From positions 2,976,001 through 3,040,000 of the forward strand of contig CDPCPM010000021.1 in assembly GCA_976551045.1 (NCBI GenBank): a stretch of DNA of 64,000 nt, read 5' to 3'. Below the pieces are notes generated by a model, which was not told the origin of the DNA, searched no databases, and saw only the letters and a list, made by a program, of their open reading frames with translations. Below are positions 36,767-50,409 of the stretch, in pieces. Position 1 is the stretch's first letter. Every line of letters begins with the position of its first letter. The stretch comes from Glaucostegus cemiculus. Its lineage: Eukaryota. The translations under genes were made by a program, and so were the position numbers.

Positions 36767-38190
36767 TAGAATCAGAATCAGTTTTATTGTCACAACCATA
36801 TACATACATGGTACGCATAGGAGCGAGATACCGTCCTCCACAGGAACACGTCTCATAAAAAAGAATAACATAACAACCAACAGAGAGACACATACACACT
36901 TGGCAGAATACACAGTACAAAACATTACCCATTAGTTCTTACATAAATAGATCTTAAAGTGAACGGGCTGGTGTCGGGCATTTAAAGTGCTGGTGCATTT
37001 CTGTGCACCTAGCATCTCCTAGTGTTAACAAAGGAAGATGGAGGGATGAGAGAGTTTGCAGTTCTTATGGCTTGCGGAAAGAAGCTATTGTTCAGCCTGG
37101 ACGTTCTTGCCCTGATACATTTAAGCCTCCTCCCTGATGGCAAAATTGTGAAGAGGTGGTGGGAGGGGTGAGAGGGGTCGGCCATTATGCTTTTGGTCTT
37201 CCTCACACAACGGTCTTTGTATATGTCTGCGAGGGATGGAAGCGAGACACCTATGATCCACTCCGCAGCCTTAACTATCTTCTGGAGGGACTTCCGCCCA
37301 GCAGCTGAGCAGCTTCCAAACCAAACAGGGATACATTGAGTTAGGATGCTCTCAATGGTCCCCCTGTAGAAGGATTTCATGACTGAGGGGTGTGGGTACG
37401 CTTTCCTCAGTCTCCGCAGGAAGTAGAGGCGTTTCTGAGCCTTCTTCGTGAGGGCCGTAATGTTAGTGGACCAGGTCAGGTCGTCGGTGATGTGCACCCC
37501 CAGGAACTTGGTGCTGCGTACTTGTTCCACAGCAGACCCGTTGATGGTCAGCGGAGCGTGCACATGATGACCCCTCCTAAAATCCACTATCATCTCCTTG
37601 GTTTTATCCACATTCAAGGAGAGGTTGTTGTCATGGCACCACACGGCTAGTTGGTTCACCTCCTCTCTATAGTCCGACTCATCGTCATTCGTAACAAGAC
37701 CCACCACTGTCGTGTCATCGGCAAATTTAACAATGCGGTTGGAGCTGAATCTGGCCTCACAGTCGTGGGTCAACAAGGTGAACAGGAGCGGACTGAGCAC
37801 ACAACCCTGAGGGGAGCCAGTGCTCAGTGTGATGGTGCTTGAGGTGTTTTCACCAATTTTGACTGACTGCGGCCTGCCAGTTAGAAAATCCAGTATCCAG
37901 TTGCAGAGAGGAGTGTTGATGCCCAGAGCGCTCAACTTCCTGATAAGCTGTTGTGGGATGATGGTATTGAAAGCGGAGCTGAAGTCAATGAATAGCAGCC
38001 GGCAGTATGAGTCCTTCTTCTCTAAGTGATGTAGTGCAGAGTGCATGGCAGAGGAGACTGCATCATCGGTGGACCTGTTTGCCCGATAAGCATACTGATG
38101 AGGATCCAAGGATGGGGGGAGGGAGGCTCTAATGTGCTTCACAACTAGCCTCTCAAAGCATTTCATAACAATCGGTGTTAGGGCTATAGC
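36767..38190 (-). mobile_element. Rex1/Babar LINE, young, 5'-truncated, RT frame intact
   Basis: Uninterrupted ORF 37009-38211 ([41 protein letters not shown]); 3' tail caataaaactgattctgattct. Confidence 0.93.
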
Positions 38191-38419
38191 TCCCTTGTCA
38201 GTTTTGAACATTAATTTAGGGATTAATGTTCAACCTCCAGGGTAAGAGTGTAGGTAACGCAAAAGGAAAATCAATAGATGGTTTCTTGGGGGGAGTGTAG
38301 AGGGTAGACAGGCACTTATGTGGCAGTTGACATTAATTCAAGGTGGTATATTGCCTTCCTCGTGTCAGGGTCAAGGATGTCACTATGGATCATCTTGAAG
38401 AGTTGAAGTACCAGAAGCT

Positions 38420-38680
38420 GTAGTCCACATTGAGTCAAAGTTGAGTTTATTGTCATATGCACAAGTACATGTATGCATTGGTGCAATGACAAACTTGCAG
38501 CAGCATCACAGGCACATAGCATTGTTTAAGCAGCATTCACAAGACAAATATAAATTAAACACATTTTTTTTTAAATGAGAAAAACAAAAATTAGAACGAG
38601 AGAAAAAAAATGAAGTCCATTTTAGTGCAAATTGATCAGATCGGTCATAGTGTTGCAGGTAGGGGCAGGGTTGAGGCCCT
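38420..38680 (-). mobile_element. Rex1-like LINE 3' UTR fragment
   Basis: Minus strand ends gtgcatatgacaataaactcaactttgac, similar in layout to other Rex1 tails. Confidence 0.5.
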
Positions 38681-38689
38681 GCAAACAGA

Positions 38690-40600
38690 TTTTGAGATAG
38701 GAAGGTTTAAAAAGCAGGATCTCAAGGTTATTTACACTGCCACATGCTGATAAGTACAAAGATAGAACGATGGAATAAATAAATGAATGGTTAGAGAAGC
38801 ACTGCTGAAGTGTGGGCTTTGTGGTCATTTCTAGGGCAGTTGGGACCTGCACAACTCAGACAGGTTACACCTTAATAGGACCACAAATTGGGAAGGGGGG
38901 CAGGAAATGGGAGTTGCTTTTGGGAGACGTTAAACTAGTTTGGCAGGTGAATGGGAACCCATGAGGAAAGTCAGGAGGGAAAAAAAGAAAGCTGGAAGTG
39001 GAAGTTAGAAATGTAGTAAGCCAACTAAATACACAGTGGAAACAACAGGAAGCAGCAAGTAAGACTGTGTTTTGGAACAATGTTAAAAAGCCAAACTTAA
39101 AGGCATGCTGCACTTTTAACAAGATGGATAAATTAACAGCACAGATAGTCGTATATGCATATGGTCTAATTGCCAGAGAAGCATGGCTGCATGATGATCA
39201 AAATTGGGAACTAAATATTCCATGGTGTTCAACATTCAGAGAGGCAAAAAGGAGGTGGAGTAGCAGTGCCAAGAAATGTATGACATCAGGACTATGGTTA
39301 GAGAGGATCTTCACTTGGCAAAACATGGTTTAGAATTAAGAATAAGTCTGGCTGGAAGTAAGAAACAGCAGGGGCAGTAAACATTGGTGGAAGTTAGTTA
39401 TAGATCTCGAAATCAAAGTTGTATAGGGCAGAGTGTGGGTAAGAAAATTAGAGATACACCGGTAACACTGTGATCAGGGGGAACTTTAAACTACATACAG
39501 ACTATGCAAATAAAATTTGTACTAATAATATAGAACATAGAACACCTACAGCACAATTCAGGCCCTTCGGCCCACAAAGCTGTGCCGAACATGTCCCTAC
39601 ACTAGAAACTACTAGGCTTACCCATAGCCCTTTTGCTCCATGTACCTATCCAACAGTCTCTTGAAAGATCCTATTATATCCACATATAGATGATGATTTC
39701 CAGATCCATATGTTGATGAACTGACAAGAGAGCTGGCTATTATAGATCTGGCACCGTAAAAAAGGATTAATTAATACTATTGTAGTGCAGAGGCCCATAG
39801 GGAAGAATGATCACAATATGATAAAATTCTACATCATTCAAAAGTGTTGCAGTTTTGAAACCAGTGTTTTCAGATAAAATAAAGGAAACTACAAAGGTCT
39901 GAGGGGCAGTTTAGCTGTGGTAGATTGGGAAACTACATTAAAGTGCATGACAGTAAATAGGCAATGGCTAGCATTTAGAGAGGTAATACATGATTTCCCT
40001 AAAGGCACAAAGACAAAACAGGAAAAGCAGTTCATTACAGATTACAGAAGAAATTAAGAATGTCATTAAACCTATAGAAAAGTTTTATGAAATTTCCCCC
40101 CAAAAATGCAGTAAGCCTGAGGATTGGAAGCATTTTAGAATTAGCAAAGGATGATAAATATATTGATAAAGAAAAGGAAAGCAGAATACAAGAGTAAACT
40201 GGCAAGAAGCATGAAAATGAATTAAAGGAGTTTTGTGAGTATGTAAAAATTATAAGACTAGTGAGGGTAAATGTAGGTTCCTTACAGACAGAAGCGAATA
40301 TTAATAAAGAGGAATAAGGAAATGGCAGACAAACACTGTGTCTGTCTTGAATGAAGAAACGCGGCATCTCTCAGAAATACCCGAGAACCAAGGGTCCAGT
40401 GCAAGTGAGTGAAACAAGTATTAGTGAAAGTGTACTGAGAAGTTAACTAGACTGAACACGTAAATCCTGATGATCGAGATGCCAGAGTTTTGAAAGAGAT
40501 GGCTGTTGAGAATGTGGGAGTTCAGATAATCTTGAAATTCTACAGACTGTGGAATGCTTACTGCATCTTGGAGAGTAGTAAATGTTACCTCATTAAAATA
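38690..40600 (+). mobile_element. Old CR1 (ORF1/endonuclease region) with nested young CR1 3' end on the minus strand at ~39530-39682
   Basis: Remnants EAWL…WELNIP, GNFKLH; the nested piece is the reverse complement of the tail type at 140-270. Confidence 0.6.
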
Positions 40601-41454
40601 TGCACTTCTTTTCCTTCTTCTAAACTGAAGACTTTTCAGTTGAGTATTTATAAAAGAGGTAGAGAAAGGATGAAAAGCTGTTTGGCTTGGAAAGACAGAA
40701 TAACTTGTTAGACGTATTTCTGATGTTATCATCACAAGAGTTGGCAACTATGTGCATTCAAATAAGTTTATCACAAACAAGAAAGCCATACTTTCTGGAG
40801 TGCACTTCCCCAACCATTCAACAGATGATATTAACTGTGCTGACTGGAATAAACGACATGTTAGATATCTTTTCCTTGCAGAGAGACTGGGAGAATGTAA
40901 ACAAGTGCTAAGTCCATCCACACTCTTTGGATTAGCTCCTGATGACTGACTCAAGAGTGTCACTGAAAAAGCCCCTTATGTGAAAAATGATATGAATAAA
41001 TTCTAGTGACCTGATGAGGAAAATAGGAAACGAAATGATATACAAAGAAGAAAGTTTCCTGATACAACACATTGACCAGAAAAGTCCTCAATGAATATCT
41101 AACTTGTTATAAAAAATATTTATTTTGAGCCATGTTCCAGGAGCATCTAATAACTTCACAGATTACAAGGCTTGCCATGAACCAAACTATTTTAATGGGA
41201 AAGGAAAAGCAGAAGTGATGTTAATGTACCCAATGTGATATTATAACATGCTAAATAGCTGTGCTTATGTTGAACTGATACTGTATTGTTGCACTTGTTT
41301 CAGTTTAGGTTTGGATTAGGTTGTATTACGAATCCATTGTAAAAAGAAGTTACAAATTAAAATAGAAAACTTTTCATTGATAATAACAGCAAAATAGTAA
41401 AAGTTTGCATGCAATTGGATGATCCAGTAAAAGTGTAAAAGTACGGTTGGTCAA

Positions 41455-42862
41455 TGTCAACTTGACTGAGGTTTTTTGTTGAGGAGTTGATGAAGGTGAT
41501 TGATAAGGGTAGGGCAGTGGATGTTGTCTATATGGAACTTAACAAGGCTTTTGACAAGCTGATACAGAAGATAAAGATGCATGGGATTTGTGGTGACCTG
41601 ATAGTTTGGATTCAGAATTGGCTTGCCCATAGAAGTCAGAGGGTAGTGGTGGAAGGGTGTTATTCTGGTTGAAGGTACGTGACCAGTGTTGTTCTGCAGG
41701 GAATGTTGCTGAGACCTCAATATGTTTGATATGTATGATTTGGATGAAAATGTAGATGGGCGAGTCTGTAAATTTGCAGATGACACAGAAGAATGGTGGA
41801 GATGTGGACAGCGTAGATGACTCCACGATTCTTCTGTGTCATCTGCAAAGGATACTACAGGATATAGATCAGTTACAGATATGAGCACAGAAATGGAGAC
41901 ACAAGAGACTGCAGATGCTGTAATTTGGAGCAACAAACAATCTTGGAGAAACTCAGCCAGTCAAACAGTATCTGTGGGAGGAAAGGAATCATTGACATTT
42001 CAGGTTGAAAGGTTGATAATTCCTTTTCTCCCTCAGATGCTGCTTGACCTGTTGAGTTCCTCCAATGGATTATTTGTTGGGGACAGAAATGACAGATGGA
42101 GTTTAATCCAAGTGTGAGGTGTTGCATGTCAAATGTAAGGGGAAAATATTCATTTAACAGCAGGACCCTTAAAAGCACATGTGCAGAGGGATCGTGGGGC
42201 CCAAGTCCATAGCTCCCTGAAAGTGGCCATACAAGAAGATAGGATGGTAAAAGTGGCATAAGGCATGCTTGCCTTCATAGGACAGGGCAGTGAATACAAG
42301 AGTAAGGAAGTCATGTTGCAGCTATATAGAACTTTGGCCACAGTTGGAGCATTGTATGCATTTCTGGTTGCCTCATTACAGGAAGGAGATGGAGGCTTTG
42401 GGAAGGGTACAAAAGAGGTTTACCAGTATGTTGTCTGGATTAGAGGATGGAGCTATAAGGAGAGGTTGGACAAACTTGGTCTTGTTTTCTCTGGAGCATC
42501 AGAGACTGAAGGGAGATCTAAAATTATGAGACACCCCAATATAGTAGACAGACAGAATCTTTTCTCCCCAGGGTAGAAACGTTGAATACTACAGGACATG
42601 AGAGGGGGAAAGTTTAATGGTGGTGTGCAGAGGAAGTTTTTGCTTTTACACAGAATGGAAGGTGCCTGGAACAGACTGACAGGGGTAGTGGTGGAATCAA
42701 ATACCATTGTGGTGTTTAAGAGGCTGTTGGATAGACATTTGAATATGCAGGGAATGGAGGGACATGGACCACATACAGGTAAAGAGATTTAGTTTAATTT
42801 GGCACCATGTTAGGTGCAGACAGCATGATCTGAAGGGCATACTCCTGTTGCTGTACTGTTCA
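41455..42862 (+). mobile_element. CR1 LINE RT region, with Penelope-derived hairpin insert at ~41895-42075
   Basis: ORFs DKGRAVDVVYM…KAFDK…WIQNWLAHRSQRVVVEG, KFADDT, LEHCMHFWLPHYRK. Confidence 0.85.
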
Positions 42863-43046
42863 AAACATGTTTATTATTAATTCCTATTATTCTATACTGT
42901 AACATTATTCTTGGCAACTCTTAAATTATATGCCAGTTTAATGTAGCATTAATTTGTAAATAAATTAGTTATTCTTTATCTAAACTGTCTTTTCCTGAAC
43001 TTAGAAAATGCATTCCATCTGTTTTTGGTGTGCTAAACCACAGAAG

Positions 43047-43310
43047 TATTGGTTTATTATTGTCACATGTACTGAGATACAGGGAAAAGCTTTTGTTTGT
43101 GTGCCATCCAGACAGATCACTCCACATACAAGTACATAGAGGTAGTTAAAAGGAAAACAGAATGCAAAATAAAGTGTTAAAGTTACAGTGCAGGTAGCAA
43201 ATAAAGTGCAAGGATCACAATAAGATAGATTGGGAGATTAAGAATTCAATTTTTCCAAGGCATGAGAGGTCTGTTCAAGAGTCTGATAACAGCAGGATAG
43301 AATCTGGATA
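43047..43310 (-). mobile_element. Rex1 LINE 3' end; second partial copy at ~43715-43810
   Basis: Reverse complement of the tail type at 30600-30845 and 47100-47400. Confidence 0.65.
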
Positions 43311-43819
43311 AACTTTTAAAACAATAAATAAAATCGCAAAATTGTTCAAAAGAAATGTTAAAGCGGCAGTAGGGTAGTTCATCAGGGCAAGTTTCAGCTC
43401 AGTTGCCAATCCTTTGCTTGGCGCCAGTCATGGTAGGACATCAGCCATCCCCTTGGCAGCAACATACTCTATGGCTGCCAGCAAGGAGGGAGAACTCCCA
43501 GGAGGTCCTGATGAATACAATATATGCCAGGATGGAGAGACTGTGGTCCAGGGATGCCTGGAGATCTGCCAAAGCCACCAAGAGTGGCTGGAGTTGGTTC
43601 TTCCAGGAGTCAGAATCCCCAGACACTGGAGCAACATGTTAGCCCAGCTCATTAAGGCAAGCATCTTGTTAAAAAAAAGAGATAATCTTTTTCCCCTGAT
43701 GAAAGGTGTCAAAAATGAAAAGCTTTTGTTTGTGCGCCATCCAGACAGATCATTCCACACACAAGTACACAGAAGTAGTTGAAAGGAAAACAGAATGCAA
43801 AATAAAGCGTTCCAGTTAA

Positions 43820-44105
43820 TTTTAAGGTCAGAGGGAGGAGTTTCAAGGAGATTTGAGAGGAAAGCTTTTTATTCCACGCTCCCCCCCTCCACCCCACAGA
43901 GTGTGCTTGCTATCTGGAACTCACTGCAAGACGTGGTGGAGTCAGATACAATCACTGCATTTAGGAGAAATTTAGACAGGCACTGGAATAGGCACGGCAT
44001 AGAAGGATAGTGCAGGCAAATGGGATTAGTGTAAATGGACAAAAAGGATGGCATTGTCATAGTGGACCAAAGGACCCACTTCTGTGCTGTACAACTCTAT
44101 GAATA
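43820..44105 (+). mobile_element. CR1 3' fragment
   Basis: ORF VLAIWNSLQDVVESDTITAFRRNLDRH. Confidence 0.7.
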
Positions 44106-44519
44106 TAACATTGCAAGAAATTTCATGATGTCCTAAGAGACATTAAAGTGAACTGCACACTGCTAAAGACATTGCTCCTCACACACACAAACTGTTGCTT
44201 CATGCACTCTCCCAAATATCCCACCCTCTCAGCCCACAATTAAACTTCAAACCTGAGAGGTCACCTTGTCTGCAGGTTTGACCTGTTGGGGTGCCCGTCA
44301 CTGACACCAGGGCCTCTCCAGATTGGAAGCCCAACCCTACGGAGCACCTGGGATCAAGTCCAGATGCGAAGGGTCCCCTTGAGCCCCTACTTACCTGAAG
44401 TAGCCTACTCCTTTTCAGGACCTTTCGATCTGTATGGGAACAATTTACCTCACAGGCCAGTTGAATCCACTCCAGGTCTGTCCTTAAACAATCACTTACC
44501 TTCCAGTCCAGGTGGCTCC

Positions 44520-47400
44520 ACTCCAGGACCAACAAGTCACAGCCACTTATCTCGGAAACATGGAAAAAGGGCTGGGCTGTAGGTGAGACTGAAACAGCGT
44601 GGGTTCAAGACACCCCATTCCCAAGCATACTACTAGCTAACAGCCAGGCCATTGAGAACAAAGTTGATGAAGTAAGGGCAAGACTGACCTACCAAAAAGA
44701 ACTGAGGGAGTGTTGTGTGTTATGTCTCACCAAAACATGGCTTACATCTACTTCACCTGACTGCGCCACACAGAGGGCTTCTCAATTCACCGGATGGACT
44801 ATACAGTATCCTTGGGCAAAGTCAGAGGCAGAGGGGTCTGCTTCTTAATCAATAACTCGTGGTGCTCAGATATGACAGTCCTGGTGAGTTCCTGCTCACC
44901 CAGCTTGAAATATCTAACGGTGAAGTGCTGCCCATTACTACCTGCTACAGGACTTCACATCAGCTATTCTGACGGCAAAATACATCCTACCCCAGACAGA
45001 CATGAAGCCTGCACTCAATGAACTACAATCTGTGGTCAACAGCCTTGAAATAGGGTACCCCAAGGCCCTCTTCATCATTACAGGTGACTTCAACCAGGCC
45101 AACTTCAAGAATGAACCCAACCACCCTAGCCCATTGCTATGCAACCAAAGATGCCTACTGAGCCACCCCCCATCCTCACTTTGGTAAATCAGACCACCAG
45201 GCTGTGCTCTTTCTCCCTGCATACAAGCAGAAGCTGTAACAGGAGGATCCAGTACAGAAAGTCATACAGTGCTGGTCTAATGAAATAGATGAGATTCTAC
45301 ACGACTGTGTTGAGTCACTGACTCAAAGACTCAGCTATCAGCCTAGATGAGTATGTCACCACCATCATGGACTTTAATCAGCAAATGTGTCGATTACTGT
45401 GTACCAAAGAGGACAATCTGGGTGTTCCCAAACCGGAAACCATGGATGAACCAGGAGATCTACTTCCAACTGAAGTCTAAGACTGCAGTATTCAAATCAG
45501 GTGATGCTGACCTTTACAAGAAATCGAGATACAACCTCCGTAAAGCTATTAGAGATGCCAAGTGACAAAACTAGTCCAAAATCGAGTCCCAGACCAGCCG
45601 TCAGTTGTGGCGGTGCTTACGTGCTATAATGGGCCACAGAATGAAGTCAAGCAGCGTCGCCGACAACAGCACATCCCTTCCCAAGTGCATTCTATACACA
45701 TTTTGAACAGAAGGGGATTGGTTTGTCACCACCCACCCTGACAAACTCCAATGAACCTGAACCCACGGTCACTGTTGAGGACGCAAGATCAGTCTTCTGG
45801 AGAGTGAACCCGCAGAAAGCATCTAACCTGGACAGTGTCCCTGGCTGTGTCCTCAGATCCTGTGCAGATCAGCTGGTGTGGGTATTTGTGGGCATTTTCA
45901 ACCTCTTCCTACTTCAAATCAGAGGTTCCCACCTGCTTAAAGACCACTATCATCCCAGTACCCAAGAAAAACAAGGTAATGTGCCTTAATGACTATGGCC
46001 CGATGGCTCTGACATCCACCATCATGAAGTGCTTTGAGACACTAGTCATAGCACTCATTAATTCCAGCCTCCCAGAAAACCTCGACCCACTGCAATTCAC
46101 CTACTGTCGAAACAAGTCTACGGCAGATGCCATCTTCTTGGCCTTGCCCTCATCTCTGGAGCATCTAGGCAGTAAACACACCTACGTTACACTATTGTTT
46201 ATTGACTACAGCTCTTCCTTCAATCCTCTAATTCCAAGCAAACTTCAAGACCTGGGACTCAACACCTCCTCTACGACTGGATCCTTGACTTCCCGACCAA
46301 CAGACCACAATCAGTAAGGATAGGCAGCAACAGCATGATTATTCTCAACACTGGTGCCCCACAAGGCTGCGCCCTCAGCCCCCTAATCTACTGCCTATAC
46401 ACTCATGATAGCATGGCCATCTTCTGCACTAGCGCCATCTACAAGTTTCCAGATGATGCCACCTTAGTGGACTGTATTGCAAATAACAATGAGTCAGAGC
46501 ACAAGAGGAGATAGAAAGCATAGTGATATGGTGTCACGACAACAACCTTTCCCTCCCTGTCAGCAAAACAAAAGAGCTGGTCGTTGACTTCAGGAAAGGG
46601 GGCAGTGTACATGCTCCTGTCTGCATCAATGGGTCTGAGGTAGAGAGCTTCAACTTCCAGGAAGTGAACATCATTATTCTGGTCCAACAATGTGGATGCC
46701 ATGGCCAAGAAAGCTCACCAGCAACATTACTTCCTCAGGATGCTAAAGAAATTTGGCATATCCCCTCTGACTCTCACCAATTTTTATTGATGCACTATTG
46801 AAAGCATCCTATCTGGATGCATCACAGCCATACTAAGCTGTGATGCATCCAGATAGGATGCTTTCAATAGTGCATCAATAAAAAATTTGCTCTGCCCAGG
46901 ACTGCAAGAAACTGTAGAGAGTTGCAGACGCAGCTCAGCACATCACGTAAACCAGCCTCCCCTCCATGGACTCTGTCTATACTTCTTGCTGCCTCAGTAA
47001 ATCAGCCAGCATTTTCAAAGATCCCATCCACCTGGGACATTCTCTCATCTCCCCTCTCCCATCAGGCAGAAAATACAAAACCCAAAAAGCATGTACCACG
47101 AGGCTCAAGGACAGCTTCTGTCCCACTGTTATAAGACTATTGAATGGTTCCCTAGTATGCTAAGATGGACTGTTAACCTCACAAGCTACCTCGTTATGAC
47201 TGTCTACCTTACTGACTGACTATCTTACTGTCTACCTGCACTGCACTCTCTGTTGCTGTAACATTTTATTCTGCATTCTGTATTGTTTTACCTTGTACTA
47301 CCTCAATGCACTGTGTAATGAATTGATCTGTATGAAAGGTATGCAAGGCAAGTTTTTCCACTGTACCTCAGTACAAGTGACAATAATAAACCAATTCCAA
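44520..47400 (+). mobile_element. Rex1/Babar LINE, near full-length, degraded (endonuclease + RT)
   Basis: Remnants LLAN..AIENKVDE…[52 protein letters not shown]…TTRLKDSF. Confidence 0.88.
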
Positions 47401-48714
47401 AAATGTGATGATCCCCCTCACCAGGGCACCAATGTACCTGGCACACTTCAAGTTCACCACAGTCAAACATCCCATAGTGCCTCTGCGACTGGTCCTGGGC
47501 AATAGTCTGAAGGTGGCCTATCTAGAGCAAGAGCTTTCCGTGGGTTATCAAGGACATTTGTGCAAACACTAAGGAAATGGAGAAAACTTTCCCACAGTCA
47601 GTTTGAAAATACAGTCAAGATACTACAACATCATCTCATGGGTGGGTTTTGATCTTCCATCACCATCATATGAGAAAGGTACCAGAGTGTGAAACTTTAA
47701 AAAGCACATAATGATGAGTTACCACATATAGATTATTTAACATTGCTTTCTTATGAATTATTCTCAAGATACTAGCATTGTGCAAATGTGTTCTCAGTTC
47801 ATCACAGATTTTGAACCAACTTGTTTCCCTCTCCACAGATACTATCCAACCTGCCAAGTACAGTATCTCTAGCATTTTCTGTTTTTATTTGTTTCCACTA
47901 TCTGCAGTATTTTGCTTTTGGAACATTACAAGGAGTTAATTGAAATTGAATTTGTACAAATGATCTTTAGACTAATGACTATTTTAATACAAGTTGGTTC
48001 CAAAGGCACATACAGGAATTTAAATTTGTTGGCTTTTAGAGGGTCACATCACGTGTCCTTACTGATGTGGGATGATTTTTTTAAAAAAAGAATCACCCCT
48101 CCCTACCCCCATGCACATCCCTTTGATATGCATTTTGATATGCAGTTTGCCAAGTCAACCTTTTGACATGGCAGTTAAAAATGTGTCTGTTCCTAAAAGT
48201 GTGGTGTTATCCACAAGCATTACAATTCATTTACTCTACCTTTTGTAATGATTTATGTGCACAAGTTTAATAGTTCCTGATTTTTACTTTGTAAGTTTCA
48301 CTATGCTACACAACAGTCCAGAAGCCTCTGAGGTAGCATTATGTATTTTGATTGTTTGCAGTATATTACACAGATAGAAATTGTGAAGGGGAGTCAAACA
48401 AGACCATTGCTTTGGGGAAAGTTATTTGTAATGTTGCTATCAAAGATCTTGAAATGTCATTTTCTAATTTAGTCAGATAATATTTCAAAGCAGGCTGTGT
48501 TTCAAGTATAGACTTTTTAATTTTCATTTTAATAATATGCTGATTTTTAGAGAATAATTCTACAAAATTTTGTATATTTAAATAGATTTATGAGTCCCAA
48601 TAATATGGAAAACAGCTAATTTGATGTAAAATAACAGAAAAATCTAGTCCAATAAGTATTTAAAATTAATGATTCTAATAAATGCTTTTATTTCCTGGCC
48701 CATGCAAATGGAGC

Positions 48715-48897
48715 ATCCTCTGGGTGCTCTGGTTTCCTCCCACATTCTAAAGATGTACGGGTTAGGAAGCTGTGGGCATGCTACGTTGGTGCCAGAAGCG
48801 TGGCGACACTTGCAGACTGCCCCCAGAACACTATACGCAAAAGATGTATTTCACTGTGTGTTTCGATGTACATGTGACTAATAAAAGATATCTTATT
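48715..48897 (+). mobile_element. V-SINE fragment (second tail type)
   Basis: V-domain followed by a tail …gtgactaataaa shared with 57350-57620. Confidence 0.75.
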
Positions 48898-49696
48898 TAT
48901 CTTCACAGTTCAGATTAATCAATCAATAGACAATTTCACTCTTCATAAATCTCCAACAATTACTTTAAGCCTTCTTTCAATGTCATTGAAATATGCTGAA
49001 GTCAAAAATATTTGAAGTACTTTGTGCAAAATGAAATATTCTGCGAAAGTACATTTTTTCTTGGTCTAGTTTAATAATACGTTTAATATTTTTTAAGTTA
49101 TGGAACTAACAACAAATAAATACACTAAAAATCTGTTTTTAAAATGTTTAGAAAACAAAGTGTCAAAATGTTCGTGAAAATCAGTCCTACAATAAAGACA
49201 GATTGACTGGCTTCGGTCCCAAAAATGTTCCAGCAATGGGTTCTCAAGTTTTTCCGACTGTAACATTGGAAGTCGAGCCTGACATTTCAAGCACCATTTC
49301 CTTAAAACAGCCTGATTAGCTTTTTAAATGGTATTTGCAATGCAGGTTTAGAGATCCTGAACTAGGGAGATGCCAGCAAAGCCAGATCCCGAAAACAAGT
49401 GTGGAGAAAGCAAACAAAAAAAAAGAAATCTGCCGCCTCATTGCAGTTGAGGTGGAAATGAAGGGTCAACAGAAGGAGATGTGCCAGAGGAAAAGGAACA
49501 AATACTGATGATAATTAAGAACTAGTAAGGTTACTCGGAGTGGGGGGGGGGGAAGGGTATGGGGGGTGGGGGGTGGAGGGGAAAACAAAGGAAAATGAAA
49601 AATAAAAAAATCAGGGTTAAAGTAACATTTTCCAGAATTAAACGATAAAAGGGTCTCATCTGATTTCTTTCAAGAAATTGCAAATGACAAGCGTTT

Positions 49697-50322
49697 TCCC
49701 TCAGTTATGAAAACTTTCTATAGAGGGACCATTGAGAGCATCTTAACCCAATGTATCACTGTCTGTTTTGGAGGTTTCTCAGCTGCTGGACGGAAGTCCC
49801 TCCAGAGGATAGTTTGGGCTGCGGAAAGGATCATAGGTGTCTCTCTTCCATCCATTGCAGACATATACAAGGACCGTTGTTTTAGGAAGACCAAGTATAT
49901 AATGGCGGATCCTTCTCACCCCTCCCATCATCTCTTTACAATTTTGCCATCTGGAAGGAGGCTCAAATGTATCGGGGCCAGAACGACCAGGCTGTGCAAT
50001 AGCTTCTTTCCGCAAGCCATCAGAACTGTGAACTCTCTCATTCTTCCAGCTACTTTGTTAACACTAAGGGATGCTAGGTGCACAGAAATGCACCAGCACT
50101 TTAAATGCCCACCACCAGCTCGTTCACTTTAAAACTATTTATTTAACCTGCCATATTTAATTTAAACTTCCGCAGTTTTAATTTTTTTTTTGTTCAGTGT
50201 GTCTCTTCTGTTTGTTATTTATTGGGACGTGCACCTGAGGAGGACGGTATCGCGCTCCTATGCATACTATGCCTGTATATGGTTGTGACGATAAAACTGA
50301 GTCTGATTCCGGATTCTGATTC
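49697..50322 (+). mobile_element. Rex1/Babar LINE 3' fragment, same young family as 36767-38190
   Basis: [20 protein letters not shown]…SFFPQAIRT is near-identical to the C-terminus of ORF 37009-38211; tail ataaaactgagtctgattc…ctgattct. Confidence 0.9.
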
Positions 50323-50409
50323 TCGGGTTTTATTTTAAAGATTCTCTTGCTCCGACTGAACCTTACATGAATACTGCTGGTTTGTCTTCAGCTGCAGGCA
50401 TGTGCTCCA

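Noticed and set aside
37009-38211. 400-aa reverse transcriptase as a host gene or a retron/DGR-type system
   Set aside because: It is a 5'-truncated Rex1 LINE with a typical 3' tail; the Met start comes from flanking DNA.
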